A stretch of 64,000 bases of DNA from an uncultured bacterium (GTDB lineage Bacteria; Bacteroidota; Rhodothermia; Balneolales; DATFMH01). The translations under genes were made by a program, and so were the position numbers. The stretch spans positions 182,638 through 246,637 of the forward strand of contig CAWBCD010000014.1 of NCBI GenBank assembly GCA_963787205.1, written 5' to 3'. A model generated the notes under the pieces. That model saw only the letters and a program-made list of their open reading frames with translations. It ran no database searches and was not told the DNA's origin. Below, one piece after another: positions 9,895 to 19,508 of this stretch (the first letter of the stretch is position 1; the number at the start of each line of letters is the position of its first letter).

Positions 9895-10260
9895 AACACT
9901 GAATTAATGATCTAAGATAAAATAAGGAGGTTCTGGTGGCTTCTTATTTCTTCTGGCCCGGATATTGTATTCTATTATTTTCATCATGCACAATTTCTGG
10001 TCTGTCGAGGATCCGATGGCTCGGCAAAATGATCTGATTCATTTCCTGAAGGATCTGGCGCTTGCTGGTGGAGTTTTTATGATTAGGTATGTGTATATCA
10101 TGATACCCAATCTACCCATTAGTATTACTGAGGGATTCTTTAAAATCATTCTGTTGTCAATCAGTAGCCACTTGGGTGAAAAATTCTTCCAATGGAATGA
10201 CTGCGAAGCGAATGACAATATGCGTTCACTACCGGGAACCTGTCATTTTCCCAGTCCTAA

Positions 10261-11103
10261 TCATTTCCCCTTTTGTTCGTATGCTTTTGCCAGGTTTGCG
10301 ATCAATTCCTCCGTAATACCGCTGGTGGAAAAGCCGCCATCGTGATATAAATTCTGCATTGTTACCTTGCGCGTCAAATCCGAGAACAGCGTCACACAGT
10401 AATCGGCGCAGTCATCTGCAGAGGGGTTTCCGAGCGGAGCCATTTGTTCAGCGAATGCATACATCCCATCAAATCCTTTTATGCCAGATCCTGCAGATGT
10501 AATGGTTGGAGCCTGTGAAATCGTATTTACACGAATTCCACGGTGGCCAAGACGACTTCCATAGTTGCGGGCTATGCTTTCGAGGAGTGCCTTGGCGTCA
10601 TTCATATCATTGTATTTCGAAAAAATTCTTTGAGCTCCGATGTAGCTCAGTGCCAGCACACTTCCACCGTCATTGAGCAGATCAACTTCCTGGGTTGCAA
10701 AATGAAGGATCTTATGTAACGAAATAGCAGAAATTTCCATCGTTTGATGGTAGAAGGTGTAGTTTAGACTATCATATGGTTTGCTCTTACGAATATTAGG
10801 AGACATACCGATAGCGTGAAGAATAAAATCAATCTTCCCTATTTTCCCCCTTATCTCTTCCATAAGTTGCTGTACCTCATCATCCTTGGTGACATCGCAA
10901 GGGATGATCGGGGAATTGGTCAACTCGCCTAACTCATCAAGGGTCCCGAGTCGAAGGGCAACCGGTGCGTTGGATAAGGCGAACTGAGCCCCTTCCCGAT
11001 GGCAAGCCAGTGCTACCCGCCAGGCAATGCTCCGGTCATCCAGCGCCCCAAAAATGATTCCTTTTTTCCCTTTGAGCAGGCCGTAACCTTTTTGTGTACT
11101 CAT
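10261..11103 (-). CDS. fabI: Enoyl-[acyl-carrier-protein] reductase FabI
   Basis: GKKGIIFGALDDRSIAW dinucleotide-binding N-terminus and an SDR-type Y-x6-K region (SKYNDMNDAKALLES). 280 aa. Confidence 0.85.
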   Translation of the reverse strand: MSTQKGYGLLKGKKGIIFGALDDRSIAWRVALACHREGAQFALSNAPVALRLGTLDELGELTNSPIIPCDVTKDDEVQQLMEEIRGKIGKIDFILHAIGMSPNIRKSKPYDSLNYTFYHQTMEISAISLHKILHFATQEVDLLNDGGSVLALSYIGAQRIFSKYNDMNDAKALLESIARNYGSRLGHRGIRVNTISQAPTITSAGSGIKGFDGMYAFAEQMAPLGNPSADDCADYCVTLFSDLTRKVTMQNLYHDGGFSTSGITEELIANLAKAYEQKGK

Positions 11104-11644
11104 AAATAATTGCTCCTCAATTTCTTCATATTGATCCAGATGTCCGAAAATAACATCTATTTGGGAAAAGAGGGAACAAAATTCAATTTTACTGTTTTGT
11201 ACGGAGTAAAAGGGGATAAATCGTTTGTTTGAAAATCGTTTATAAAAGGAGGAATTAGGTCATTTACATATTTTTCAGTCCATTATAAATCATAATCCAG
11301 AGGTAATGAATGGAATGATGAATCGTGATGAGAGGTTTTAAAAAAACTGATAATGGGACTAATTCCGGTGATCACCCCGTTAATCATCTTATTATTTAGC
11401 AGTTCAGATGACATCAATTGTCTCAATTATGGTGGTCTGGGCAAGCGTTTTGCTGTAACCAAAGTAGACTATTACCACTGTTTGAAATGTCAGAAGCTAA
11501 AGTAACAGGTGCGATTTAGTACGTCTCATACCATGTAAAAAACCACAGGCTTACAAAAATGCATCTCAAATGTTGATAAGAGAAGAAAATGTCCTTAACT
11601 TCAAAAGCTTTGCGAAGCTCTTAAAAAAATAACCACACAACACG

Positions 11645-12985
11645 ATGTTCGAAGACCTATCCGATAAACTCGGCTCGGCATTTCAGTCGCTGAGTGGGCA
11701 CGGCAAAATTAGTGATGTGAATATCGCGGAAACAGTCCGTGAAATCCGCCGTGTACTGCTTGATGCTGATGTGAATTACGAGGTTGCCCGGTCATTCACC
11801 AATAAGGTGAAGGACGAGGCTATGGAATCGGGTGTTCTGCAAGGTGTGTCACCTGGTCAGCAGTTTACCAAGATCGTCTATGATGAATTGGTCACAATCC
11901 TGGGAGAGGAACATGAAGGTGTTCGTTTTGCCAATGTTCCGCCGACTATCATTCTGATTGCAGGATTGCAGGGTTCTGGTAAAACTACATTCACGGCAAA
12001 GCTGGCAAAATATCTCAAAGAGCAAAATCATACTCCGCTGTTGGCTGCAGCAGATGTTTATCGTCCGGCAGCTATCGATCAGCTTAAGACACTGGCTCAG
12101 CAGATTGATGTCCCTGTATACTCTATTGACGAAAAGGATGCTGTTCGGGTTGCCCGGGAAGCCGTTCAGGAAGCAAAGAAAACTGCCTGTGATGTTGTCA
12201 TCATTGATACGGCAGGGCGTTTGCATGTCGACGAGACCATGATGAATGAGGTCGCCGAGATCAAGCAAACGATCAAACCAAACGAAATTTTATTTGTAGT
12301 TGATTCGATGACCGGACAAGATGCCGTTAATACGGCCCGGGAATTTAATCAACGTATTGACTTTGATGGAGTGGTCCTGACCAAACTGGACGGGGACACC
12401 CGCGGTGGAGCTGCTCTTTCGATTACTTCTGTTGTTGAGAAACCGATCAAATTTGCGAGCACCGGTGAAAAACTGGATGCTCTCTCGGAATTCTACCCCG
12501 ACCGGATGGCACAGCGTATTCTGGGCATGGGTGATGTGGTTTCGCTAGTTGAAAAAGCACAGAAGCAATACGACGAGAAACAGGCAGCCAAACTTCAAAA
12601 GAAAATCAGATCCAACGATTTTAATCTTGAAGATTTCCTGGAGCAGCTGCAACAAATTAAAAAGATGGGCTCGATCAGCGACCTGGTCGGCATGTTGCCA
12701 GGCGTTAATCAGGCACTTAAAGATGTGGAAGTTGATGACGATGCATTCAAGCCGATTGAAGCTATCATCAGCTCTATGACAGTTGAAGAACGACAAAACC
12801 CGGATGTATTAAACGGGAGCCGTCGTCGTCGTATCGCACAGGGCTCCGGCACCACGGTGCGTGAAGTTAACGAGCTGCTCAAACAGTTCGAGCAGATGAA
12901 GAAAATGATGAAAACAGTGTCAAAAATGGGCCGCATGGGCAGAACTATGCAGGGCCTGAAAAATTTGACTTCTTTAGGAAATTAA
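11645..12985 (+). CDS. ffh: Signal recognition particle protein Ffh
   Basis: NG domain with GLQGSGKTTF, DTAGR and TKLDGDTRGGAALS. Met-rich M domain at the C-terminus. Confidence 0.95.
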   Translation: MFEDLSDKLGSAFQSLSGHGKISDVNIAETVREIRRVLLDADVNYEVARSFTNKVKDEAMESGVLQGVSPGQQFTKIVYDELVTILGEEHEGVRFANVPPTIILIAGLQGSGKTTFTAKLAKYLKEQNHTPLLAAADVYRPAAIDQLKTLAQQIDVPVYSIDEKDAVRVAREAVQEAKKTACDVVIIDTAGRLHVDETMMNEVAEIKQTIKPNEILFVVDSMTGQDAVNTAREFNQRIDFDGVVLTKLDGDTRGGAALSITSVVEKPIKFASTGEKLDALSEFYPDRMAQRILGMGDVVSLVEKAQKQYDEKQAAKLQKKIRSNDFNLEDFLEQLQQIKKMGSISDLVGMLPGVNQALKDVEVDDDAFKPIEAIISSMTVEERQNPDVLNGSRRRRIAQGSGTTVREVNELLKQFEQMKKMMKTVSKMGRMGRTMQGLKNLTSLGN

Positions 12986-13020
12986 ACTGGTAACAAAACT
13001 AAGTATTACAGGAGTAAACA

Positions 13021-13800
13021 TTGGTTAAACTTCGATTGCAACGCCACGGACGTAAGAAGAAACCGTATTACCATATTGTTGCAGCAGATTCACGGGCACC
13101 GCGCGATGGTCGTATAATCGAGGATCTTGGTCGATACAACCCGCTTAAACCAACCGACAGAGTTGTTCTGAATGAAGAACGCGCTATGTACTGGCTGGGG
13201 ACAGGCGCCATTCCATCTGATACCGTGCATAACATCTTAAAGAAAGAAGGTGTCCTTTATCGTATGCACCTGAAACGCTGGGGTAAGTCGGATGAAGAAA
13301 TCGAGCAGACGATCAGCGAATGGAAAACCCAGAAAGCAGGCGCAAACGGAGAAGCCAAATCAGCAGCCGATAAACGCAAGGCAGAGATAGAAGCTGAGGA
13401 AGCTCGCGTCCGTAAGGAGGAAGAAGAAAAGGCTAAAGAAGCCGCTGCGAAGGCCAAAGCCGAAGCTGAAGCCAAAAAGAAAGCAGACGAAGAAGCTGCC
13501 GCCGCTGAACAGGCCGCTGCAGAGAAGAAAAAAGAAGAGGCTAAGGCGGAAAAAGAATCAGCAGAGAAGGCAGCTGAAACTGAATCCAGGGAAGAGGTAG
13601 CGGAAGAAGCAGCCGAGGCAAAAGCTGAACCGGAAGCAGAAGAAAAAGAAGAAGCTGTTGCTGAAGGTAAAGCCGAAGAAGAAAAGGCCGCAGAACCCGA
13701 AGCTGAACAGAAAGAAGAAAAAACAGCTGAGGCGACTGCTGAAGAAGAAACAAAATCTGACGCTTCGGAATCAAAAGAAGCTGAAGAAAAGGAAAAGTAA
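13021..13800 (+). CDS. rpsP: 30S ribosomal protein S16 with a roughly 170-aa Ala/Glu/Lys-rich C-terminal extension
   Basis: TTG start preceded by AGGAG. (M)[30 protein letters not shown] is the canonical S16 N-terminus. Residues from about 90 onward are low-complexity A/E/K. Confidence 0.9.
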   Translation: MVKLRLQRHGRKKKPYYHIVAADSRAPRDGRIIEDLGRYNPLKPTDRVVLNEERAMYWLGTGAIPSDTVHNILKKEGVLYRMHLKRWGKSDEEIEQTISEWKTQKAGANGEAKSAADKRKAEIEAEEARVRKEEEEKAKEAAAKAKAEAEAKKKADEEAAAAEQAAAEKKKEEAKAEKESAEKAAETESREEVAEEAAEAKAEPEAEEKEEAVAEGKAEEEKAAEPEAEQKEEKTAEATAEEETKSDASESKEAEEKEK

Positions 13801-13867
13801 TTTGTTCCGCTAGTGCGATAAATTGCAGCAGAGCGATCTGAGCAATTTTTATAAATTAGAATTGATC

Positions 13868-14416
13868 ATGGATCGTGACTTCGCATCGACATTTCAAAAA
13901 GTCGGTATCATTGTTAAGGCACATGGATTGAAAGGAGAAGTGCTCATCAATGTGGAAGTGGATCTGCCGGAGTTGCTCGAAAAGCAAGGTCTTTTTTATA
14001 TAAATAACCTACGGGGCGATTTAGAGCCGAGAAGGGTTGAAAGATCCTACCTCGCGAATAAGAAAGGTCGACCTTCGTTCTTTGTAAAGTTTGAATCGGT
14101 GGATGATCGTGCGCAGGCTGAACGTCTGGTCCGGCGAGGTATTCATGTGGCGGACAATCTGTACGATCAGATGATGTTTCCAGATAATGATACGACGACG
14201 GGCGATGAACTCATCGGGTATGTGATTCTCGATGAAAATGATCGCAATTGCGGCGAAGTTGTAGATATGTTGGAAAGCCCGGCGCATCCAATTCTGCATG
14301 TTGCGTCGGATAGCGGACCGTACATGATTCCCTATGTTGATGAATATATCGTATCGGTTGATGACGTTCGGGTCGTGATACACTGCCGTAATCTGCAACC
14401 TCTAATGGAAGTCTAG
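13868..14416 (+). CDS. rimM: 16S rRNA processing protein RimM
   Basis: GIIVKAHGLKGEV motif plus a PRC-barrel C-terminus. The ATG at 13868 is preferred over the TTG at 13823 given by the ORF track. Conserved rpsP-rimM-trmD-rplS order. Confidence 0.85.
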   Translation: MDRDFASTFQKVGIIVKAHGLKGEVLINVEVDLPELLEKQGLFYINNLRGDLEPRRVERSYLANKKGRPSFFVKFESVDDRAQAERLVRRGIHVADNLYDQMMFPDNDTTTGDELIGYVILDENDRNCGEVVDMLESPAHPILHVASDSGPYMIPYVDEYIVSVDDVRVVIHCRNLQPLMEV

Positions 14417-14419
14417 CTT

Positions 14420-15106
14420 ATGAGAATTGATCTCATATCGGCGGTTCCCGATCTGATGAGAAGTCCAATCGAGAACAGCATTATTAAGCGTGCACGTGAA
14501 TCGGGTTACGTTGAGATAGTGCTTCATGATTTGCATGATTACACAACCGATAAGCATGGCCGGATCGACGATTATGCCTATGGCGGAGGCGCCGGCATGG
14601 TTATGACACCTCAACCGATATTCGATTGTGTGGAATCTCTTAAAACGGAGCGGGATTACGGTGAAATTATTTTCACAGCTCCTGACGGGGATGCCTTCAC
14701 ACAGAAAGAAGCCAACAGGCTTTCATTGGTTGAGAACATAATCATCTTGTGTGGGCATTATAAAGGAGTGGATCAACGAGTCCGGGACACATTAATCACC
14801 AGGGAATATCGTATCGGTGATGTGGTATTATCCGGTGGTGAACTGCCTGCACTGATGATGGTTGATGCCGTTGTCCGGTTGATACCTGGAGCTCTCGGTG
14901 ATTCGGAAAGTGCTCTGGATGATGCATTTATGGACGGACTGCTGGCAGCACCCGAATATACGCGACCGGCAGTATACCGTGAGATGAAGGTTCCCGAAGT
15001 ATTGCAGTCGGGGGATCACAGTAAAATAACAAGATGGAAAGAAGAGCAGGCGATAGAAAAAACCCGCCGGTTGCGACCCGATTTAATGGAAAAATTTGAA
15101 AATTAA
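14420..15106 (+). CDS. trmD: tRNA (guanine37-N1)-methyltransferase TrmD
   Basis: MRIDLISAVPDL N-terminus, GGGAGMVM and ILCGHYKGVDQRV motifs. Confidence 0.95.
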   Translation: MRIDLISAVPDLMRSPIENSIIKRARESGYVEIVLHDLHDYTTDKHGRIDDYAYGGGAGMVMTPQPIFDCVESLKTERDYGEIIFTAPDGDAFTQKEANRLSLVENIIILCGHYKGVDQRVRDTLITREYRIGDVVLSGGELPALMMVDAVVRLIPGALGDSESALDDAFMDGLLAAPEYTRPAVYREMKVPEVLQSGDHSKITRWKEEQAIEKTRRLRPDLMEKFEN

Positions 15107-15148
15107 CAGTTAATGGCCCCGATTAACCGGGGAAAACAGGTTAGAACA

Positions 15149-15499
15149 ATGGACAAGCTAAAATTAGTAGAACAAACTCAGGTACGCGATGACATTCCTT
15201 CGTTTGTATCCGGAGATACGGTAAATGTGCACTACCGGGTTAAAGAGGGTGATAAGGAACGTATCCAGCAGTTCGAGGGAGTGGTTATTTCCATTCGTGG
15301 ACGTGGTGCCAATCGCTCTTTTGTCGTTCGAAAAATTTCAAACTCAGTCGGTGTGGAACGTATTTTCCCGTTTACCTCTCCCTATATCGCTTCAATCGAT
15401 GTTAAGAAAAGGGGGAATGTTCGCCGCGCCAAACTGTACTATCTGCGTGGATTGCGCGGTAAAGCTGCCCGTATCAAAGAGAAGAATCGGTTTTTATAA
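15149..15499 (+). CDS. rplS: 50S ribosomal protein L19
   Basis: [29 protein letters not shown] and [10 protein letters not shown] motifs. The internal ATG at 15149 gives the usual length of about 116 aa; the ORF track starts at 15113. Confidence 0.9.
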   Translation: MDKLKLVEQTQVRDDIPSFVSGDTVNVHYRVKEGDKERIQQFEGVVISIRGRGANRSFVVRKISNSVGVERIFPFTSPYIASIDVKKRGNVRRAKLYYLRGLRGKAARIKEKNRFL

Positions 15500-15528
15500 T
15501 CGACACAGCTCGATTGAAAGGATAATGT

Positions 15529-15560
15529 AAGCGGGGTCTTGAAAAAGGCTCCGCTTTTTG
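15529..15560 (+). terminator. Rho-independent terminator after rplS
   Basis: AAGCGGGGTC/GGCTCCGCTT stem followed by TTTTT (15555-15559). Confidence 0.6.
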
Positions 15561-15772
15561 TGTTTATATCCCGGTGCAGAACCCTCGCACCTCACGGAGA
15601 TTCCCGATCAGGCTCGGAAATGACGGGTAAGAGGAGGGAGTGTGGCACTGATTGAACCGTTTTGTCATTGTTTCAATCCCTATTCCTCATCTTCTTATCC
15701 CGAACTCGCGCTAATATTAGTGAGATTACTCACTCTGCCGCAGTCATCCCCACAGGAAAGTGAGGAGACCGC

Positions 15773-16900
15773 TCACGGTTTCATCGTGATTTCAATCTTG
15801 GATGTCGGCGGCAATTGCGCGTTTCTGATAGATATCTGCTGTGCTGTGCTGTTTGCAATCTGACTGAAAGCAATGGAGCTTGGGGCATTTTCATCTTTAA
15901 TGACAATCGGTTGCCCATTATCGGAACCTTCCCTCACATTCTGTTCCAGAGGTATCTCGCCTAGAAATGGGACTTCAAGCCTTTCTGCAAGCCTTCTGGC
16001 CCCACCTTCACCAAAGATATGGTATTTCTTATCAGGCATGTCCGGCGGCACGAAATAGGCCATATTCTCTACAATACCCAGAACAGGTACTTTCACTTTA
16101 CGGAACATGGCAACAGCTTTCCGTGCATCATCCAAAGCAACATCCTGCGGCGTGGAAACGACGATGGCACCAGTAAGTGGTACGGTCTGAACGATGGTTA
16201 GCTGGATATCGCCGGTACCAGGAGGCATATCAAGCACCATGTAATCGAGTTCACCCCATTCGGCCTCGCTCAAAAACTGTTTGACAGCACTGGATACCAT
16301 GGGTCCCCTCCAGACGACAGCTTCGTCGGTATCAACAAGGAAACCCATAGAAAGAAGCTGAACACCATATTTTACAAGTGGTATGATCTTGCGCTGTGTT
16401 GTAATACTGGGTTTTTCATGCAAGTTGAACATCGTTGGGATACTGGGGCCATAAATGTCAGTATCAACCAGGCCCACAGATGCTCCGGTCTTTGCAAGCG
16501 CTACTGCAAGGTTAACGGCAACCGTTGACTTGCCAACACCACCTTTACCTGAGGCAACAGCGATGATATTTTTAACACCTTTGAGAATCTCCTGGTCACC
16601 CTGATCCTGGACGCGATTTTTACTGACGTTAGAACCCATTGTGACCATCACGTTGGCCTCCTTGTCAACCAGATGTTTTACAGCGTTGATGCATGCACGT
16701 TCAATCTCAGCTTTCAAAGGACAGGCCGGTGTGGTCAGATTTACAGTAAAACTAACATCTTTCCCATCAATAAAAAGTTCTTCGACCATTCCGAGCGTAA
16801 CAATGTCCTTTCCCAGATCGGGATCAATCACATTCGAGAGCGCATCTAATATCTGTTTATTTGTAATAGCCATAGAAAAATCAGTTTTAGCATTCGCCAT
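15773..16900 (-). CDS. mrp: Mrp/ApbC/NBP35-family Fe-S cluster carrier ATPase
   Basis: N-terminal DUF59-like region (LGMVEELFIDGKDVSFTVNLTTPACP) and a deviant Walker A (VASGKGGVGKST). 375 aa. Confidence 0.9.
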   Translation of the reverse strand: MANAKTDFSMAITNKQILDALSNVIDPDLGKDIVTLGMVEELFIDGKDVSFTVNLTTPACPLKAEIERACINAVKHLVDKEANVMVTMGSNVSKNRVQDQGDQEILKGVKNIIAVASGKGGVGKSTVAVNLAVALAKTGASVGLVDTDIYGPSIPTMFNLHEKPSITTQRKIIPLVKYGVQLLSMGFLVDTDEAVVWRGPMVSSAVKQFLSEAEWGELDYMVLDMPPGTGDIQLTIVQTVPLTGAIVVSTPQDVALDDARKAVAMFRKVKVPVLGIVENMAYFVPPDMPDKKYHIFGEGGARRLAERLEVPFLGEIPLEQNVREGSDNGQPIVIKDENAPSSIAFSQIANSTAQQISIRNAQLPPTSKIEITMKP

Positions 16901-17132
16901 TTAACAAGTAAATATAAGAATGCTGTGTAAAAAGTTTATGAAGGATTTTTTTGTTCCTTCAGGTATAACGAAGGGGGTTTCCTCCTGTTGCAGTTGCGCA
17001 GAACTGTTCTGCATGATGATCAAGAAATTGTATATTTGATCTCCTCCAGACCCGAAGATTGCTGTTTTTGGGGAAGAGGAAATTATATTTCAATACAGAA
17101 TATGCAGAGGTGGCACTTCTAAATAATGAAGC

Positions 17133-17501
17133 ATGGAAAGGTATCGAAAACAATCAAACCCGGTTCGAATTCCCGTTCCGGGAAATAAACTAATTGAAGA
17201 ACATTTCGGGAAAGTATCGACAATGACGGATGATTTTTCCCTGGCACATATGAAAGCCCCTTCGGGTTGGGGGGAGCCTGCACAGATTCCCGATTTCGAT
17301 GAAATAACATTGATGATCAGAGGGCGCATGCGTATCATTGTAGATCAGAATAATATCATAGAATTGAAGACAGGAGAGAGCTTTGTGAGTAATCGTGGTA
17401 CCCGAATTCAGTACTCCAATCCGTATCCGGAAGATAATGAGTACTGGTCGGTCTGTATTCCCGCATTTACTCCCGAAAAAGCCCACCGTGAAGATGAGTA
17501 A
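17133..17501 (+). CDS. Cupin-domain protein
   Basis: 122 aa. The beta-barrel-like core (FDEITLMIRGRMRIIVD...IELKTGESFVSNRGTRIQYSNP) resembles small cupins. 36 nt upstream of gcvT. Confidence 0.55.
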   Translation: MERYRKQSNPVRIPVPGNKLIEEHFGKVSTMTDDFSLAHMKAPSGWGEPAQIPDFDEITLMIRGRMRIIVDQNNIIELKTGESFVSNRGTRIQYSNPYPEDNEYWSVCIPAFTPEKAHREDE

Positions 17502-17537
17502 TGAGACAATATATCTGAAAAATATTGGGGCATAGTT

Positions 17538-18638
17538 ATGGCTGAGAAAACACCTTTTTATAATATCCACAAGAACTTAAATGCCAAAATTATTGATTTT
17601 GGCGGATTCGAGATGCCGGTACAATACTCGGGCATCCGCGATGAGCACAACGCGGTACGTGAGCATGCCGGTATATTTGATGTCTCACACATGGGCGAGT
17701 TTATTGTAGATGGAGAAGGAGCAGAAGCTTTTCTGCAAAAAATGACAGTCAATGATGTATCGAAACTTGTGCCGGGAAGAGCACAATATACCGTGATGTG
17801 CTACGACAACGGCGGAATCGTGGATGATTTGATTATCTACATGATCCATGAACATCGTTATATGCTGGTTGTCAATGCATCCAATCGACAGAAAGATTAT
17901 GACTGGCTGCAATCGCATTGCCCCACGGGTGTGATTCTCACAAATAAATCGGATGATTACTGTCTCCTGGCCGTGCAGGGTCCCCAATCAGTAGAACTGT
18001 TACAGACATTGACGCCGGTCAATCTGTCCGAAATAAAATTTTATCACTTTGCCATCAGTGAATTTGCCGGTTATCACGATATCATCCTTTCCGCCACTGG
18101 TTATACCGGAGAAAAAGGGTTTGAAATTTATTTTGACAAAAATAAAGTGGATCCCACGACTGTTTGGAAGAGGATAACGGATGCCGGTCAGGCTTATAAC
18201 TTAAAGCCGGCGGGACTCGGAGCCCGGGATACCTTGCGGTTGGAAATGGGATACGCTTTGTATGGTAATGATATAAGCAAAGATACGAATCCCCTGGAAG
18301 CGGGTTTAGGCTGGATCACAAAGTTGGATAAAGATGATTTTATAGGAAAAGATCGGTTGCTGAAGGTTAAAGAAAACGGTCCGGACAGAAAACTGGTTGG
18401 TTTGATAACAGATGACGAGCGGGCTATTCCGCGCAGTCACTATGACATTACTGATGAAGGCGGTGCTACGATAGGGGAAGTGACAAGCGGCGGACTATCT
18501 ATCACAACCGGAAAAGGTATTGCCATGGGCTATGTAGTGATTGATTTCAGTAAACCAGACTCACAAGTGTTTATCACAATTCGCGGGAAATCGCATTCCA
18601 CAACTGTTGTGAAACCACCATTTATCCATAAAAAATAA
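17538..18638 (+). CDS. gcvT: Glycine cleavage system aminomethyltransferase GcvT
   Basis: [35 protein letters not shown] and GARDTLRLE motifs. 366 aa. Confidence 0.95.
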   Translation: MAEKTPFYNIHKNLNAKIIDFGGFEMPVQYSGIRDEHNAVREHAGIFDVSHMGEFIVDGEGAEAFLQKMTVNDVSKLVPGRAQYTVMCYDNGGIVDDLIIYMIHEHRYMLVVNASNRQKDYDWLQSHCPTGVILTNKSDDYCLLAVQGPQSVELLQTLTPVNLSEIKFYHFAISEFAGYHDIILSATGYTGEKGFEIYFDKNKVDPTTVWKRITDAGQAYNLKPAGLGARDTLRLEMGYALYGNDISKDTNPLEAGLGWITKLDKDDFIGKDRLLKVKENGPDRKLVGLITDDERAIPRSHYDITDEGGATIGEVTSGGLSITTGKGIAMGYVVIDFSKPDSQVFITIRGKSHSTTVVKPPFIHKK

Positions 18639-18652
18639 CGGATTCTGTTACT

Positions 18653-19381
18653 ATGTTTCCATCAGTTGACGTTTTTGCCACTTCACTGGGACTGCAGGAA
18701 GAAGACGTTCGTAAAAAGACAGTTGTAGTGATCGATGTGCTGCGTGCCAGTTCCACGATAGTTACGGCACTGCACAACGGAGTAAAAGCCGTCATCCCGG
18801 TGGAAGATATGGAAGCGGCCAGCAAGATAGCCCAGAATCTGGATTCAACGCGATACCTGCTATGCGGAGAAAAGGATGGGGTTAAGATTCAGGGTTATCA
18901 ACTGGGTAATTCCCCGTTTGAGTATGATGAAAAGAAAGTTAAAGGAAAAATTATCATCTTTAATACAACGAATGGAACCAAAGCCATTACCCGGTCATCC
19001 GGCGCAGATCGGTTACTCATTGGTTCATTTCTGAATCTGGGAACAGTTGTAGAATCGCTAAAAACCGATCCCAATGAGATTCTCCTCGTGTGTGCAGGAT
19101 GGAAGAACCGGTTTTCATTGGAAGACACGTTATGTGCCGGTAATATTATCTTCGAATTAACAGATGGAAAGCTGCCGGAAGGTGCCTCTGACGGATCGCT
19201 TGCCGCATTTTCATTGTATGCAAGCTATCGGAATCGACTGGAGGAAATGATTCAATCGTCGAATCACGCCACGCGGCTGCGAAACTTAAATGGAGATGAA
19301 GATCTGGCTTATTGCAGCCAGGTAAGTATTCTTGATGTGTTGCCTGTCTATTCACAAGGCATGATCACAAATTCAAAATAA
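18653..19381 (+). CDS. comB: 2-phosphosulfolactate phosphatase family protein (ComB)
   Basis: VVVIDVLRASSTIVTALHNGVKAVIPV and GEKDGVKIQGYQLGNSP follow the ComB family pattern. 14 nt after gcvT. Confidence 0.8.
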   Translation: MFPSVDVFATSLGLQEEDVRKKTVVVIDVLRASSTIVTALHNGVKAVIPVEDMEAASKIAQNLDSTRYLLCGEKDGVKIQGYQLGNSPFEYDEKKVKGKIIIFNTTNGTKAITRSSGADRLLIGSFLNLGTVVESLKTDPNEILLVCAGWKNRFSLEDTLCAGNIIFELTDGKLPEGASDGSLAAFSLYASYRNRLEEMIQSSNHATRLRNLNGDEDLAYCSQVSILDVLPVYSQGMITNSK

Positions 19382-19508
19382 ATAATCACGATTATAGGTT
19401 GTGTAACCACTCTGTCAGGTTTTTTGTATCATACCTACTTGATTAAAGCTTGCAAAAGTGTAGTATATTACCCTGTAATTATAATGGAGACGATCATACC
19501 CGGCGTCC

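Noticed and set aside
9965-10345. 126-aa ORF taken as a complete gene
   Set aside because: It has a TTG start and its 3' part overlaps fabI by 85 nt on the opposite strand. Only its first roughly 40 residues look protein-like (DoxX-like). I treat it as a possible remnant, not a CDS.
13257-13774. Two antisense ORFs (72 and 77 aa) under the S16 tail
   Set aside because: They are artefacts of the repetitive GAA/GCN/AAG codons of the low-complexity extension.
14486-14505. Other CACGTG-containing sites (e.g. 14494, 20476, 21435, 22071, 28254, 62215) as extra parS copies
   Set aside because: Their flanks do not match TGTTNCACGTGAAACA, with 5 or more mismatches by eye. They are ordinary hexamer occurrences.
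16901-17132. Looked for a glycine riboswitch upstream of the cupin-gcvT operon
   Set aside because: Only a loose ACGAAGGGGG-like fragment is present. The conserved GGAGAG...ACCGAAGGGGCAA...CUCAGGCAAAAGGAC elements are not. An Infernal scan would settle it.
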